Source: Octopus sinensis (lineage: Eukaryota). Taken from it: a DNA stretch of 41,384 nucleotides. This document shows, piece after piece, positions 11,585-23,256 of this stretch (position 1 is its first letter; every line of letters starts with the position of its first letter). Both the position numbers and the translations under genes were made by a program. The notes under the pieces were generated by a model, which saw nothing but the letters and a program-made list of their open reading frames with translations, made no database searches and had not been told where the DNA came from. Location of the stretch: the NCBI RefSeq assembly GCF_006345805.1, contig NW_021835137.1, forward strand, positions 1 through 41,384, in the 5' to 3' direction.

Positions 11585-11645
<61 letters not shown>

Positions 11646-11646
<1 letters not shown>

Positions 11647-11850
11647 TCTTTACTCTTTTACTTGTTCAGTCATTTGACTGCGGCCATGCTGGAGCACCGC
11701 CTTTAGTCGAGCAAATCGACCGCAGGACTTATTCTTTGTAAGCCTAGTACTTATTCTATCGGTCTCTCTTGCCGAACCGCTAAGTTATGGGGATACAAAT
11801 GCACCAACATCGGTTGTCAAGCAGTTATGGGGGTCGAGCACAGACACAAA
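11646..11850 (-). mobile_element. SINE family A 3' half, reverse
   Basis: Reverse complement of the family A 3' module. Confidence 0.85.
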
Positions 11851-11968
11851 GGTACACACACACACACACATATATAGGGGGAGAATTCACAAAAAAAAAA
11901 CAAAAGACAAAGACAGGTGGTGTAGACAACAAACAGATGTATTAGTAAAATGCTCGAGAAGTGAAAAA

Positions 11969-12010
11969 GTCCTTAACGTTTCGAGCCTACGCTCTTCTAC
12001 AGATAGGAAC
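11969..12010 (-). ncRNA. Hammerhead-like motif with U at position 6, Penelope pLTR-like
   Basis: Minus strand: GUUCCUAU | CUGUAGA | A | GAGC-GUAG-GCUC | GAAAC-GUU | AAGGAC. Confidence 0.45.
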
Positions 12011-12358
12011 ACAGAAAGAAACTAGGAGAGAAAATAAAGAATGTGTAGTGGCTAGCGATCTATGATGGCGAATGCCGGACAGAAGGGTCACCCAGGAGAG
12101 CTAGGGGCAAGGGGAGATAATAAAGTAATGGTGATGCGCGTGTCCGTGCGCGTGTGATTTCGCTTCGAACCGCGCCTTGTATATGTTATTAATAATGATA
12201 ACCATATCAATAAATATCCTCCAACCTCTGTTTTCTCTTTCACCATATCTCACTCCCATCTCCAATAACCTCGTTTTCTCCTCTGTCCATTCTCGTATTT
12301 GCTCCCTACCTTTTCTCTCTGAATCCACTCTCCCTTTTTTTCTTTCTATTCCCTTTTA

Positions 12359-12854
12359 TGAACACTTTAGCATTTAAACCGGCCATATCCTGCCTCAGTA
12401 TTCTATCCGTTTTATGATCAAATTAACCTGATCTGGTCTCTCGTACCTTCCCTACAATATCATTCTGAAAACAAGAAAATTACAGCAAAGCTGCGGGATA
12501 GCTGTGTCGGACGTAGCTTGCAGACCATCATATAACTTGTTTTAGTTTCCTCTTCCGTTTTACTTTGACATGCGCATTGCATTTTTATTCCTCTCTTCGG
12601 TTTTATGAAATCAGTGTACACATGCGCATTGCCTGTTCATACTTTGCTTACTGGTTCCCATTCAAAATTGTTTATATATCCCAACCATCACACGAACGCT
12701 CTTACGTGAGGAACGCTTCGTGCTCCGATGGTTGTCAAATAAATAGCCACATTATCGAAATTTCAGAGCTACAAGGTAATTCATGACTAATTCAAAAGAA
12801 TGGGAATAAATAAGTGTTACATTTGACAGAGTATTCAGAATGCAAGAGGGTTAA
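12359..12854. mobile_element. Decayed piggyBac-like MITE
   Basis: Right end AATGCAAGAGGG-TTAA (reverse complement TTAA-CCCT...); left end TGAACACTTTAGCATT matches it at 12/16. Confidence 0.45.
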
Positions 12855-13143
12855 GTCATTTGGCAATCATGCAAATATGTCGTCTGCTCTTACATAACCC
12901 ACCCATCCCCACCCACCCCATGCACTAGCGGAAAAGAATAGCTTCAATAGTAAGAGTGTGAGGAACCTATCTAGAAACCTGTTCATTCCTTTGTTTTATT
13001 TATTCTCACTTAAACCTGGATGTTCTGTCAGAAAAGAAAAAAACTATACTACAGTAGATATCAAGAGAGAAACTCTCTTATTGGCTTTTGGTGCAAAATG
13101 CATTCTTGCTTATTACGCTAGCGGGGAGGGAAATCCGATCTCC

Positions 13144-13208
13144 AGCGCCTACTAGACTACTAGATCACGTGATTTCAACTTTCCTTAGTTTCATCAGTAA
13201 TAGGCGCT
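13144..13208 (-). ncRNA. Type I hammerhead ribozyme motif, canonical core, AUC cleavage triplet
   Basis: Minus strand: AGCGCCUAUUA | CUGAUGA | AACU-AAGGAA-AGUU | GAA-AUC-ACGU-GAU-C | UAGUAG-UC-UAGUAGGCGCU. Confidence 0.8.
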
Positions 13209-13389
13209 CGACTGCAAGAGATAGCAGCGACTCGCCTCACCGCCCAGTGATATATAGAAAACCAGTGCCAGAAAATTAGCCAGTGAGCTCGTTAAAAGCT
13301 ACACATTAACGACAGGGGCAGTATTAGTACCGGCAGGTAACATTTATTCCTACTTAAGCATGGATGTTTAGTTAGAACAAACTATACTG

Positions 13390-13797
13390 CGGTAGACCAA
13401 CCACATGTTTCCGGGTTCAGTCCCACTGCGTGGTACCTTGGGCAAATGTCTTCTTCTATAGCCTCGGGCCGACCAAGCCTTGTGCGTGGATTTGGTAGAC
13501 GGAAACTGAAAGAAGCCAGTCGTATATATGTATATGTATATATGTATATATATGTGTGTGTGTGTGTGTTTGTATGTCTGTGTTTGTCCCCTCAACGTCG
13601 CTTGACAACCGATGCTGGTGTGTTTATGTCCCCGTAACTTAGCGGTTCGGCAAAATAGACCGATAGAATAAGTACTAGGCTTACAAAGAATAAGTCCTAG
13701 GGTCGATTTGGTTCGACTAAAGGCGGTGCTCCAGCATGGCCGCTGTCACATGACTGAAACAAGTAAAAGAGAGTAAAGAGAGAGTAAAAAGAGTAGA
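13390..13797 (+). mobile_element. SINE family A, near full length
   Basis: Collinear with 379-790. Confidence 0.9.
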
Positions 13798-14439
13798 GAA
13801 CCTCTCATATAGGCTTTTGGTACAAAATGCACTCTTATTTGTATCGTTAGGGAGGAGCTAAATCCCCGCCATTTCCAGCGTCGAGACCACCAAATCACGT
13901 GATTTCGACCTTCCTTTGAACGGGGAATCTAACGCTCGGCTTTGTTTCGCAGCACTGCCACCTGATTCCACATTGTTTATATAATATCCCCTCTATGTAC
14001 CACCTGTAAATGACATCCTATTCTCCAACCGAATAATTTCTTAATCTTCGTGACACGTGGCGTACTCACTGGAGATTAAAATTTAAAAGAACAAAAAAGA
14101 CATACTGGCCCCCTGGCGGAAAATAATAATAAAATAAAAGCCATGAAGTATTAAAGATTAAATAAAAGAGTTACTGCCACACTTTCCAAAGAAAGTTAAA
14201 CAATTGTATTAAAATTTAAAAAATGAGAAAATATGTACGAAGCTACTGTTTACCTAAATTTTCATTAATCACACCTGAGTTTAACGAAATTTATGAATAA
14301 CACGTCATTCAGGCGCTTAAATATTAGTGTGGATTTTCTTAAGACATATAATAGTTTTTTTTGAAAAATTTACAGCTCACTTAAAGATGCCTGGCGGCAC
14401 AATTGAAACCTGACAATTCGTTAACGCAACCTCCATCAC

Positions 14440-15770
14440 TATCACTACCACCACTACCACCACCACCACACCACCACCACAACCTCGTCTAATACCACAA
14501 CCACAAACTCATCCATCACCACTACCAACACAACCACCACCATCACAGCCTCATCCATCACCACCGCCAACACAAGCACCACCACAGCCTCATCCATCAC
14601 CACTAACACCACTTCCACCACAACAACCACCACAGCTTCCACCAACACCACCACCAACAGAACCAAACACCCACCACCACCACTACCACCACTACCACCA
14701 CTACTACCATCACCACTACCACCACCACCACCATCACTATGACCACCACCATCAGCACAACCTCCACCTCGACAACGACCACCCCAACCCCACCGCTACC
14801 ACCTCCGTCACCATCACAACCTCCACCGTCACCACCACCACCACCACCACCCATATTGCCAGCGACTCCGGTTCTATCTTCATGTTACTTGTATTAGGTA
14901 GTGGTGTAGTAGTACTGGTAATAGTAGCAGACGTGATTTTTGTGATGGTCGTTGTGGTGGTCGTGGTAGGAGCGCGTTGACGGTGCAGGTGGTACTGGTG
15001 CTGTTGGTGGTGGTAGCTGCAGTTGCGATCGTGGAGGGAGTAGTGACAATGAAGGTGGTGGTGGTGGTGGTGGTGGTGGTGGTGATGGTGGCGGTGGTGG
15101 TTGTCGTCGTTTTCTCGTCGCCATCGTCGTCGTGATAGCTGTGGTGCAGGTGGCGCCACCACCCACCAACGCCGCCGCCATCGACCCTACCAACACCAGT
15201 ACCACGACAAAAAACACAATCATCCCCCACCACCACCACCACCACCACAACCACCACAACCACCACAACCACCACCACCACCACAACCACCACCACTACA
15301 CCACCACCACCACCACCACACCACACACCACCACAACCACCACCACACACCACCACACCACCACCACCACCACAACCACAACAACACCACCACAACCAAA
15401 ACCACCACCACAACCACCACCACCACCACACCACACCACCACCAACACAACCACCACCACACCACCAACCACCACCACCACCACCACCACCACAACCACC
15501 ACAACCACCACCACCACCACCACCACAACTACAACCACAACCACCACCAACGACAACAGTAACAACAACTTCAGCACCACTACCAATACTACCACCACCA
15601 TACCACCACCACAAACACCACTGCCAGCACTATCATCAACAGCTTCAATCAATAACAAGAACAACTACAACCTCAACTACAACAAAAACAACTCTGTCAA
15701 CACCAACACCACCACAACCAACACCGTCACCAATACCAACAACAAGAACAATGCTACCAGCATTATACCT
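14440..15770. repeat. (ACC/AAC)-rich trinucleotide low-complexity region with an internal inverted (GGT) block
   Basis: ACC-rich 14440-14855, GGT-rich 14890-15150, ACC-rich 15155-15770. Confidence 0.9.
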
Positions 15771-16206
15771 TGACGACCAAAACTAATTACTTATAGTGGA
15801 TTATCTTCATTGGGGACCCTACACACCCCCCCAACGCACCCACACCCTCACTCCCCCCCAGTTTTTTCCCACCAACCCCTGCCGCTACTAAATTCATCTT
15901 ATGATATTACACATCTATATTAATTACACCACATTATATATCTATTCATTATATATACCTGTTGTCTTTTGATGGTGGTGTGGGGGCATGTTTTACACCA
16001 CCCTTTGTTGGCGGGGGGTGGGGTGGAAGTTAGGTCCTCTGCCTTATTGCCATACACCTCACTTAGCAGATTATCTCACCTTCCTTAGTGTTAATTTATC
16101 CAGCAGCCACCAGTCGGCATCCTCGCCAACAACGCCGCTCACCCGCCAAGCCCCCACCTCAGAACTATCACTAGTCTCCATTTATGAATAATCTATTAAC
16201 AAACTC

Positions 16207-16255
<49 letters not shown>

Positions 16256-16408
16256 GTGGAGTTGTGAATACAAACAGACAGATTCACAAATTGACACGCA
16301 CACACGCATACACACACACATACACACACACACACACACATGTTGGGACCCAATTAACTATATCGAAATATATGTGACTGTTAAGGCGTTTTGATATATA
16401 TATATATA

Positions 16409-16462
<54 letters not shown>

Positions 16463-16939
16463 TATTTTTTTATTTTCTAAATCTCTCTAAAGGAGTCTAC
16501 GGCAGCAGTACTATGTATTAATATTTAGCGCCAAGCTAACATGGCAGTCCAGAGAAATAGGACGAATGGTGCCGTTAATTAGCTCCGAGAGGCCATCGCT
16601 TCTAGCTAGATCTGTGACACACAAATCTGTGTCCATTACAACCTTCGTACAGGGGAGATCATCAATTTCCCATTGCTGCTTCCCACAGACAGGTTTCGGG
16701 GTATTTACTCCTTATCAATATGGAGTATCTGAACCCAGCAGGCGTCACCGTTGACTGTCTGTTCGAAGATTTATTTATATATATTCAATGGAACGCATTC
16801 ACTGATTTTCAAAAATAGAAATTTTATTATTTCGATATTTCTCTAAAGGAAACTACGGCACCAGTACTGGGTATTATTATTTATCGCCAGGCAGTTCAGA
16901 GAAATAGGATGAATGCTGGCGTTGATTAGCTCCGATATA

Positions 16940-16985
<46 letters not shown>

Positions 16986-17339
16986 TATGTATATATGCAT
17001 GTTTTTATACACCAATGTGTTAGAATGAAAACACACGCGCACACACACATATCTAGGGCCTTCCCCATTCATTGTGAGCACCAGCGTTCCCAAATAGGCC
17101 TGCCCAGTCGCAGATGTAGGCCGAGTCCCTGGGTTGTCACCAGGTCCCAGGAAGGCGACTAACTTGCATCTGCCGCCAACGTGCAGGTCCAGACTAGGAA
17201 CTTCTAGTTTCACCAAAACCTGGTCCCACTATTCTTACCTCATTGTCGTTGGGCTTTTGTGGAGAAAAAAATGGGTGGGGGCTAGAGTTGGATAAAAAAG
17301 AAATCAGCCAATAGAGTTGGTTTGTTTAGGGTAGAGATC

Positions 17340-17918
17340 TTTGGAGTGATCACTAATGATGGCGACGTTATGCCTCGATTCATCTTCCCACACGGCATCA
17401 GACTCAACACGGAGGCCTACATCAAGTGCCTGGAGGAGGTAGCGCTGCCCTGGATCAAGAGGAAGGCTGCTGAAAGACACTACCTCTGGCAACAGGACTC
17501 TGCACCATGCCACACAAGCAGGAGAATCCAGTCATGGTTGTCAGACAATTTCTGTGACCACATCCCCCCTATTGCAAGTCTACTTCCCCAGACTTGCAAT
17601 CTCCCTGATTATTATGTGTGGGGCGCAGTTGAGCGAGAGCCCAAAAAAACTCCTTGTAACACCATAGATGGACTGAAGGCAAGGATTATGGCAGCACTAG
17701 CCAACTTCAACAAGAAGACCATCCAGAAGAGTTGCAGGAGATTCCGAAGTCGTCTTGAGGCCGTGGTTGAAGCCAATGGCGATTTTATTGGATAAATTTA
17801 TTCTTTAGTATTTCAAGATATTTTTATGTAATTTTGATAAATATATTTGTTAAAATGAGATATCAATGTTATTTTCATTTTTGCATAATTTGGACCACAA
17901 TATATTCACCGCACCCTG
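17340..17918 (+). mobile_element. 5'-truncated DD37D (maT-type) transposon with right TIR
   Basis: FGVITNDGD...WQQDSAPCH...DYYVWGAVER...EANGDFIG* (stop 17795), same family as 8876-10516. Ends ...ATATATTCACCGCACCCTG followed by TA. Confidence 0.9.
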
Positions 17919-18042
17919 TATGTATATATATATATTCGTTATTAACAACGGAAGCACTGTTAGTTGAGAATAGCATTGTGTATATCTTACTTCATGAGGA
18001 CATAGTATAGGAAGCCGAGTAAGTATTTCCTATAGATATTAG

Positions 18043-18468
18043 GGATCTTTTCGGTTTGAACGGCAGTTTTTAAAAATAATTTCCACGTAACTAAACACTT
18101 TTAAACTTCGTATACTGGTAGAATGTGTTTATAAAACATCTTTTTCTCTTGGCTTTATTGAGAAAATTCTATAGTTTGTAAGATATTTGTTGTTTCTATT
18201 CTTCAATTTCTGCAATTTCAACAAATCAATGACGTCTATTGAGGTGAAAACATTGTGTGCCGTATGAATATGTCCCTCGTTTAAGAAACAGATTGGTTTT
18301 ATTTAAATTTCTGAAGAAAAAAGATAACCTTCCCCCCACCCCTAACCCTAACCCTAACTAACCCTAAAACAGATTGAAATGCAATAGATCGATACTAGGG
18401 TCATAATTATGGGTGACAATTTCATATGACACCGCTAGAAAAAACTGTCGTTCAAACCGAAAAGATCC
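18043..18468. mobile_element. MITE with 29-bp TIRs, possibly Merlin-like, containing (CCCTAA)n
   Basis: GGATCTTTTCGGTTTGAACGGCAGTTTTT (18043-18071) and its reverse complement at 18440-18468 with 1 mismatch. Flanks GATATTAG / GACATTAC match 6 of 8. Confidence 0.8.
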
Positions 18469-18596
18469 GACATTACAAAGCACAGAAGTATATCAGTCGT
18501 AGACGAAAAGAATCCAGACTCTTCACTGCATTGATTCATGAAGCATTGGTCAACCGGTGGCCATACTAGAAAGCGTTTGCTCAAAGTGCTACACAG

Positions 18597-19000
18597 AGGC
18601 GCAGAAGTGGCAGTGGTAAGTAGCTTGCTTACCAACCACATGGCTCCGAGTTCAGTCCCACTGCGTGGCACCTTGTGAAAGTGTCTTCTACTATAGCCTC
18701 GGGCCGACCAAAGCCTTGTGAGTGGATTTGGTAGACGGAAGCTGAAAGAACCTCGTCATAGAAGTATATATATATGTGTGTGTATGTGTGTGTATGTTTG
18801 TGTGTCTGTCCCCCCCCTCAACATCGCTTGACAACCGATGCTGGTGTGTTTACGTCCCTGTCACTTAGCGGTTCGGCAAGAGAGTGACCGATAGAATAAG
18901 TACTAGGCTTACAAAGAATAAGTCCTGGGGCCGATTTGCTCGACTAAAGGCGGTGCCCCAGCATGGCCACAGTTAAGATAACTGAAACAAGTGAAAGAGT
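18597..19000 (+). mobile_element. SINE family A, full length, leading into a tandem array
   Basis: Collinear with 379-790. Confidence 0.85.
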
Positions 19001-20660
19001 TTTTTGAGAAACATGTTCGATTTTACTGAAATAGTTAATTCTGGGACACCAGGTTTATAAACAGCACCAGGTGACAGCAATTGGTCGATTTGCTCGACTA
19101 AATGCGGTGCTCCAGCATGGCCACAGTCACATGACGGAAACAAGTTAAAGAGTATTCAGAAACATGTCCGATTTTACTGAAATAGTTAATTCTGGGACAC
19201 CAGGTTTATAAACAGTACCAGGTGACAGCAATTGGTCGATTTGCTCGACTAAATGCGGTGCTCCAGCATGGCCACAGTCACATGACGGAAACAAGTTAAA
19301 GAGTATTCAGAAACATGTCCGATTTTACTGAAATAGTTAATTCTGGGACACCAGGTTTATAAACAGCACCAGGTGACAGCAATTGGTCGATTTCCTCGAC
19401 TAAATGCGGTGCTCCAGCATGGCCACAGTCACATGACGGAAACAAGTTAAAGAGTATTCAGAAACATGTCCGATTTTACTGAAATAGTTAATTCTGGGAC
19501 ACCAGGTTTATAAACAGCACCAGGTGACAGCAATTGGTCGATTTGCTCGACTAAATGCGGTGCTCCAGCATGGCCACAGTCACATGACGGAAACAAGTTA
19601 AAGAGTATTCAGAAACATGTCCGATTTTACTGAAATAGTTAATTCTGGGACACCAGGTTTATAAACAGCACCAGGTGACAGCAATTGGTCGATTTGCTCG
19701 ACTAAATGCGGTGCTCCAGCATGGCCACAGTCACATGACGGAAACAAGTTAAAGAGTATTCAGAAACATGTCCGATTTTACTGAAATAGTTAATTTGGGA
19801 CACCAGGTTTATACACAGCACCAGGTGACAGCAATTGGTCGATTGCTCGACTAATGCGGTGCTCCAGCATGGCCACAGTCACATGACGGAAACAAGTTAA
19901 AGAGTATTCAGAAACATGTCCGATTTTACTGAAATAGTTAATTCTGGGACACCAGGTTTATAAACAGCACCAGGTGACAGCAGTTGGTCGATTTGCTCGA
20001 CTAAATGCGGTGCTCCAGCATGGCCACAGTCACATGACGGAAACAAGTTAAAGAGTATTCAGAAACATGTCCGATTTTACTGAAATAGTTAATTCTGGGA
20101 CACCAGGTTTATAAACAGCACCAGGTGACAGCAGTTGGTCGATTTGCTCGACTAAATGCGGTGCTCCAGCATGGCCACAGTCACATGACGGAAACAAGTT
20201 AAAGTTATCAGAAACATGTCCGATTTTACTGAATAGTTAATTCTGGGACACCAGGTTTATAAACAGCACCAGGTGACAGCAGTTGGTCGATTTGCTCGAC
20301 TAAATGCGGTGCTCCAGCATGGCCACAGTCACATGACGGAAACAAGTTAAAGAGTATTCAGAAACATGTCCGATTTTACTGAAATAGTTAATTCTGGGAC
20401 ACCAGGTTTATAAACAGCACCAGGTGACAGCAGTTGGTCGATTTGCTCGACTAAATGCGGTGCTCCAGCATGGCCACAGTCACATGACGGAAACAAGTTA
20501 AAGAGTATTCAGAAACATGTCCGATTTTACTGAAATAGTTAATTCTGGGACACCAGGTTTATAAACAGTACCAGGTGACAGCAGTTGGTCGATTTGCTCG
20601 ACTAAATGCGGAGCTCCAGCATGGCCGCAGTCAAATGACTGAAACAAATAGAAGAAAATA
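18930..20660 (+). repeat. Tandem array of ~151-bp units (SINE A 3' end + ~80 bp flank), about 11 copies
   Basis: GGTCGATT starts at 19083, 19234, 19385, 19536, 19687, 19837, 19986, 20137, 20285, 20436, 20587. Confidence 0.95.
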
Positions 20661-21173
20661 ATAAAAAATAAAAGAAAAAGTGCGACTGAACTTGAAACCA
20701 CGTATTTGGAAAGCCAGCCTCTTAAACACACAACCAAAAAAACGTGGTGTTCTCATACCTATACCTACCTTTCTTAACTACCTCTCTGTCGATCGAAATA
20801 TTAAATTTTTATCACTATTAACCCTACATTTATAATAAATAGATTTAATTGTATATTTATGTGTAAACTACGTTCGATTGGTTTGATTTTTCAATCGATA
20901 CCGGATGTGTACACACTTCCTAGACAGGATTCAAGAAAGTTACATTTATTTTTGACCAGAATAATAATGATGCTTTTATCCATTAAGCCATTGATGTTGG
21001 TGGTTTTCAGCGGATTATAAGGTCAATGTTCTTAGTTTTTAACCGCATGAAACAATCGTGTACACGCAGATGATGTGTATGTATGTATGCTTTAATATAT
21101 AATGAGTGGTGTGGGGGTGTTGTGTGTCTGTGTTTGCTTATGTCTGGGGCGGTGTTTGTGTGTACATACACAG

Positions 21174-21219
<46 letters not shown>

Positions 21220-21299
21220 TATAAATATACGAAAACGTACATAAATATATGTTTATATACATATATATATATAATATGTGTGTGTGTGTGTGTGTATGA

Positions 21300-21346
<47 letters not shown>

Positions 21347-21789
21347 CTCACGCACACACACTGAAGATCAGCTTAATAGACCAGAAAGTTATAAGCTTAT
21401 TAACAACAACACATTTCAGACGTTTAGGCGGTTAATTATATTTCTACCTATGTGTTTGTCTATGTATGTGTCTCTCTCTTTCTCTTTCTCTCTCTCTCTC
21501 TCTTTCTCCTTCACTCTCCCCCTCCCTCTCTCAACATACACATATATATATATATGTATGTATGCGCGTGTACGTATGTGTATTCATGACTACACACATG
21601 TATATGCGCATATACATATGTACATATGTATGTATGCATTATGCCTGAAGATCGTAAGATGGAAACTCAGTGTACAGACATAATACGTAAATAAACTAAC
21701 TCTATTTCCTACACTCTTGTTTTCTGTATCGTCTTTACAATCATGAATGAGAAAGTAGGCATCACACGTACACCGCACACACACTATAC

Positions 21790-21839
21790 AATATGTATGT
21801 ACACTGTTGAATACATAAATGCATGTGCATATACATATT

Positions 21840-21896
<57 letters not shown>

Positions 21897-22350
21897 CATA
21901 TATAATATATATTTATAATATATATATATATATATATATAATATATATGTATCTATATATATATAAATGTGTATATATATGGTGTATATATGTATATGTA
22001 TATATGTGTATATACATATATGTATATCTACATACATTTATATACGTGCGCATGTATATATGCGTATATGCATTGTGTATATGTATTTACTGTTCTATGC
22101 ATACGAGCCTATATGTTTATATATATGTAGTATATTAATATATACGCTTTATATATATATATACATATATATATTTATATATGTGTGTGTGTATGCATAT
22201 ACACACTCACATGTATATATGTATATATTTACATATATATATACTTACGTGTATATATATTTATGTATATATACACACACAAACGCACACACAGTTATGT
22301 GTACGTGTGTGTGTACTCTTATGTACTCACACACAAACATATATATATAC

Positions 22351-22383
<33 letters not shown>

Positions 22384-22422
22384 GATATATATATATATAT
22401 ACATACATACACATATATAGGC

Positions 22423-22489
<67 letters not shown>

Positions 22490-22530
22490 TATATATATAT
22501 ACATACATACATATATACACATGTACATAT
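21790..22530. repeat. Degenerate (TA)n/(TG)n/(CA)n microsatellite field
   Basis: Directly visible. Confidence 0.9.
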
Positions 22531-23191
22531 ATTGTTTCGCGGTTCATTAAAATCTTCGTGTAAATTATGTGTGCAAGCGTGATCCCACCTATGTGTGCAC
22601 ACGACGAAAATACACGTATGAAGCAAGCTCAGACATGTGTGTATATATGAATGTTTGTGCGTATGGTGTGCCTGCACACGTTTATGTATGCGTGTGTGTA
22701 TTTATGTGTGCGGGTGTTCGTAGACGCTATGCCTAGGGTTAAATATCCAATTAATTTAGAAAGACTCTACGATCTACAAAATAAGCTTCGAACGTTGTGT
22801 TGCAGCTATAAATGAATAACACATATGAAAGACAAAAGGAAAACCGATGAAATTAAAAGTCTGGCTGAGCTTGTAGATTTATCGTTTATAGGAAGTCACA
22901 CTCACTTCATAGACTATTATGTATTGTAGCTTGTATTTTTGAATTTTACAATAGATAGATATGCGAGCATACGTACATACATAAACGGAGAGACACTTAA
23001 ACAGGTAGGTATATATATATATACATGCATGCACAAACGGATAGACGGATAGAGGGACAGACAGATAGATAGGCAGACAGACTGACTTATACATACGTAC
23101 ATACGTACGTACATAAATGCATACAGACATACATATATACATACAAACATGCATGCATACATACGTACGTACCATATTCATAGACAGAGGG

Positions 23192-23256
<65 letters not shown>

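Noticed and set aside
13164-13173. E-box/USF site ATCACGTGAT (also near 13885)
   Set aside because: Fully explained as the palindromic stem III of the hammerhead motif.
14454-15773. Thr/His/Val homopolymer ORFs
   Set aside because: Trinucleotide low-complexity sequence, open in most frames on both strands.
18930-20660. CRISPR-like or retrozyme-like array
   Set aside because: Units are essentially identical with no variable spacers, the DNA is eukaryotic, no cas genes are present, and I found no hammerhead core on either strand of the unit.
21640-21685. Hammerhead CTGAAGA-TCGTAAGATG-GAAAC
   Set aside because: Stem II register and stem I do not fit and the nearest triplet ends in G.
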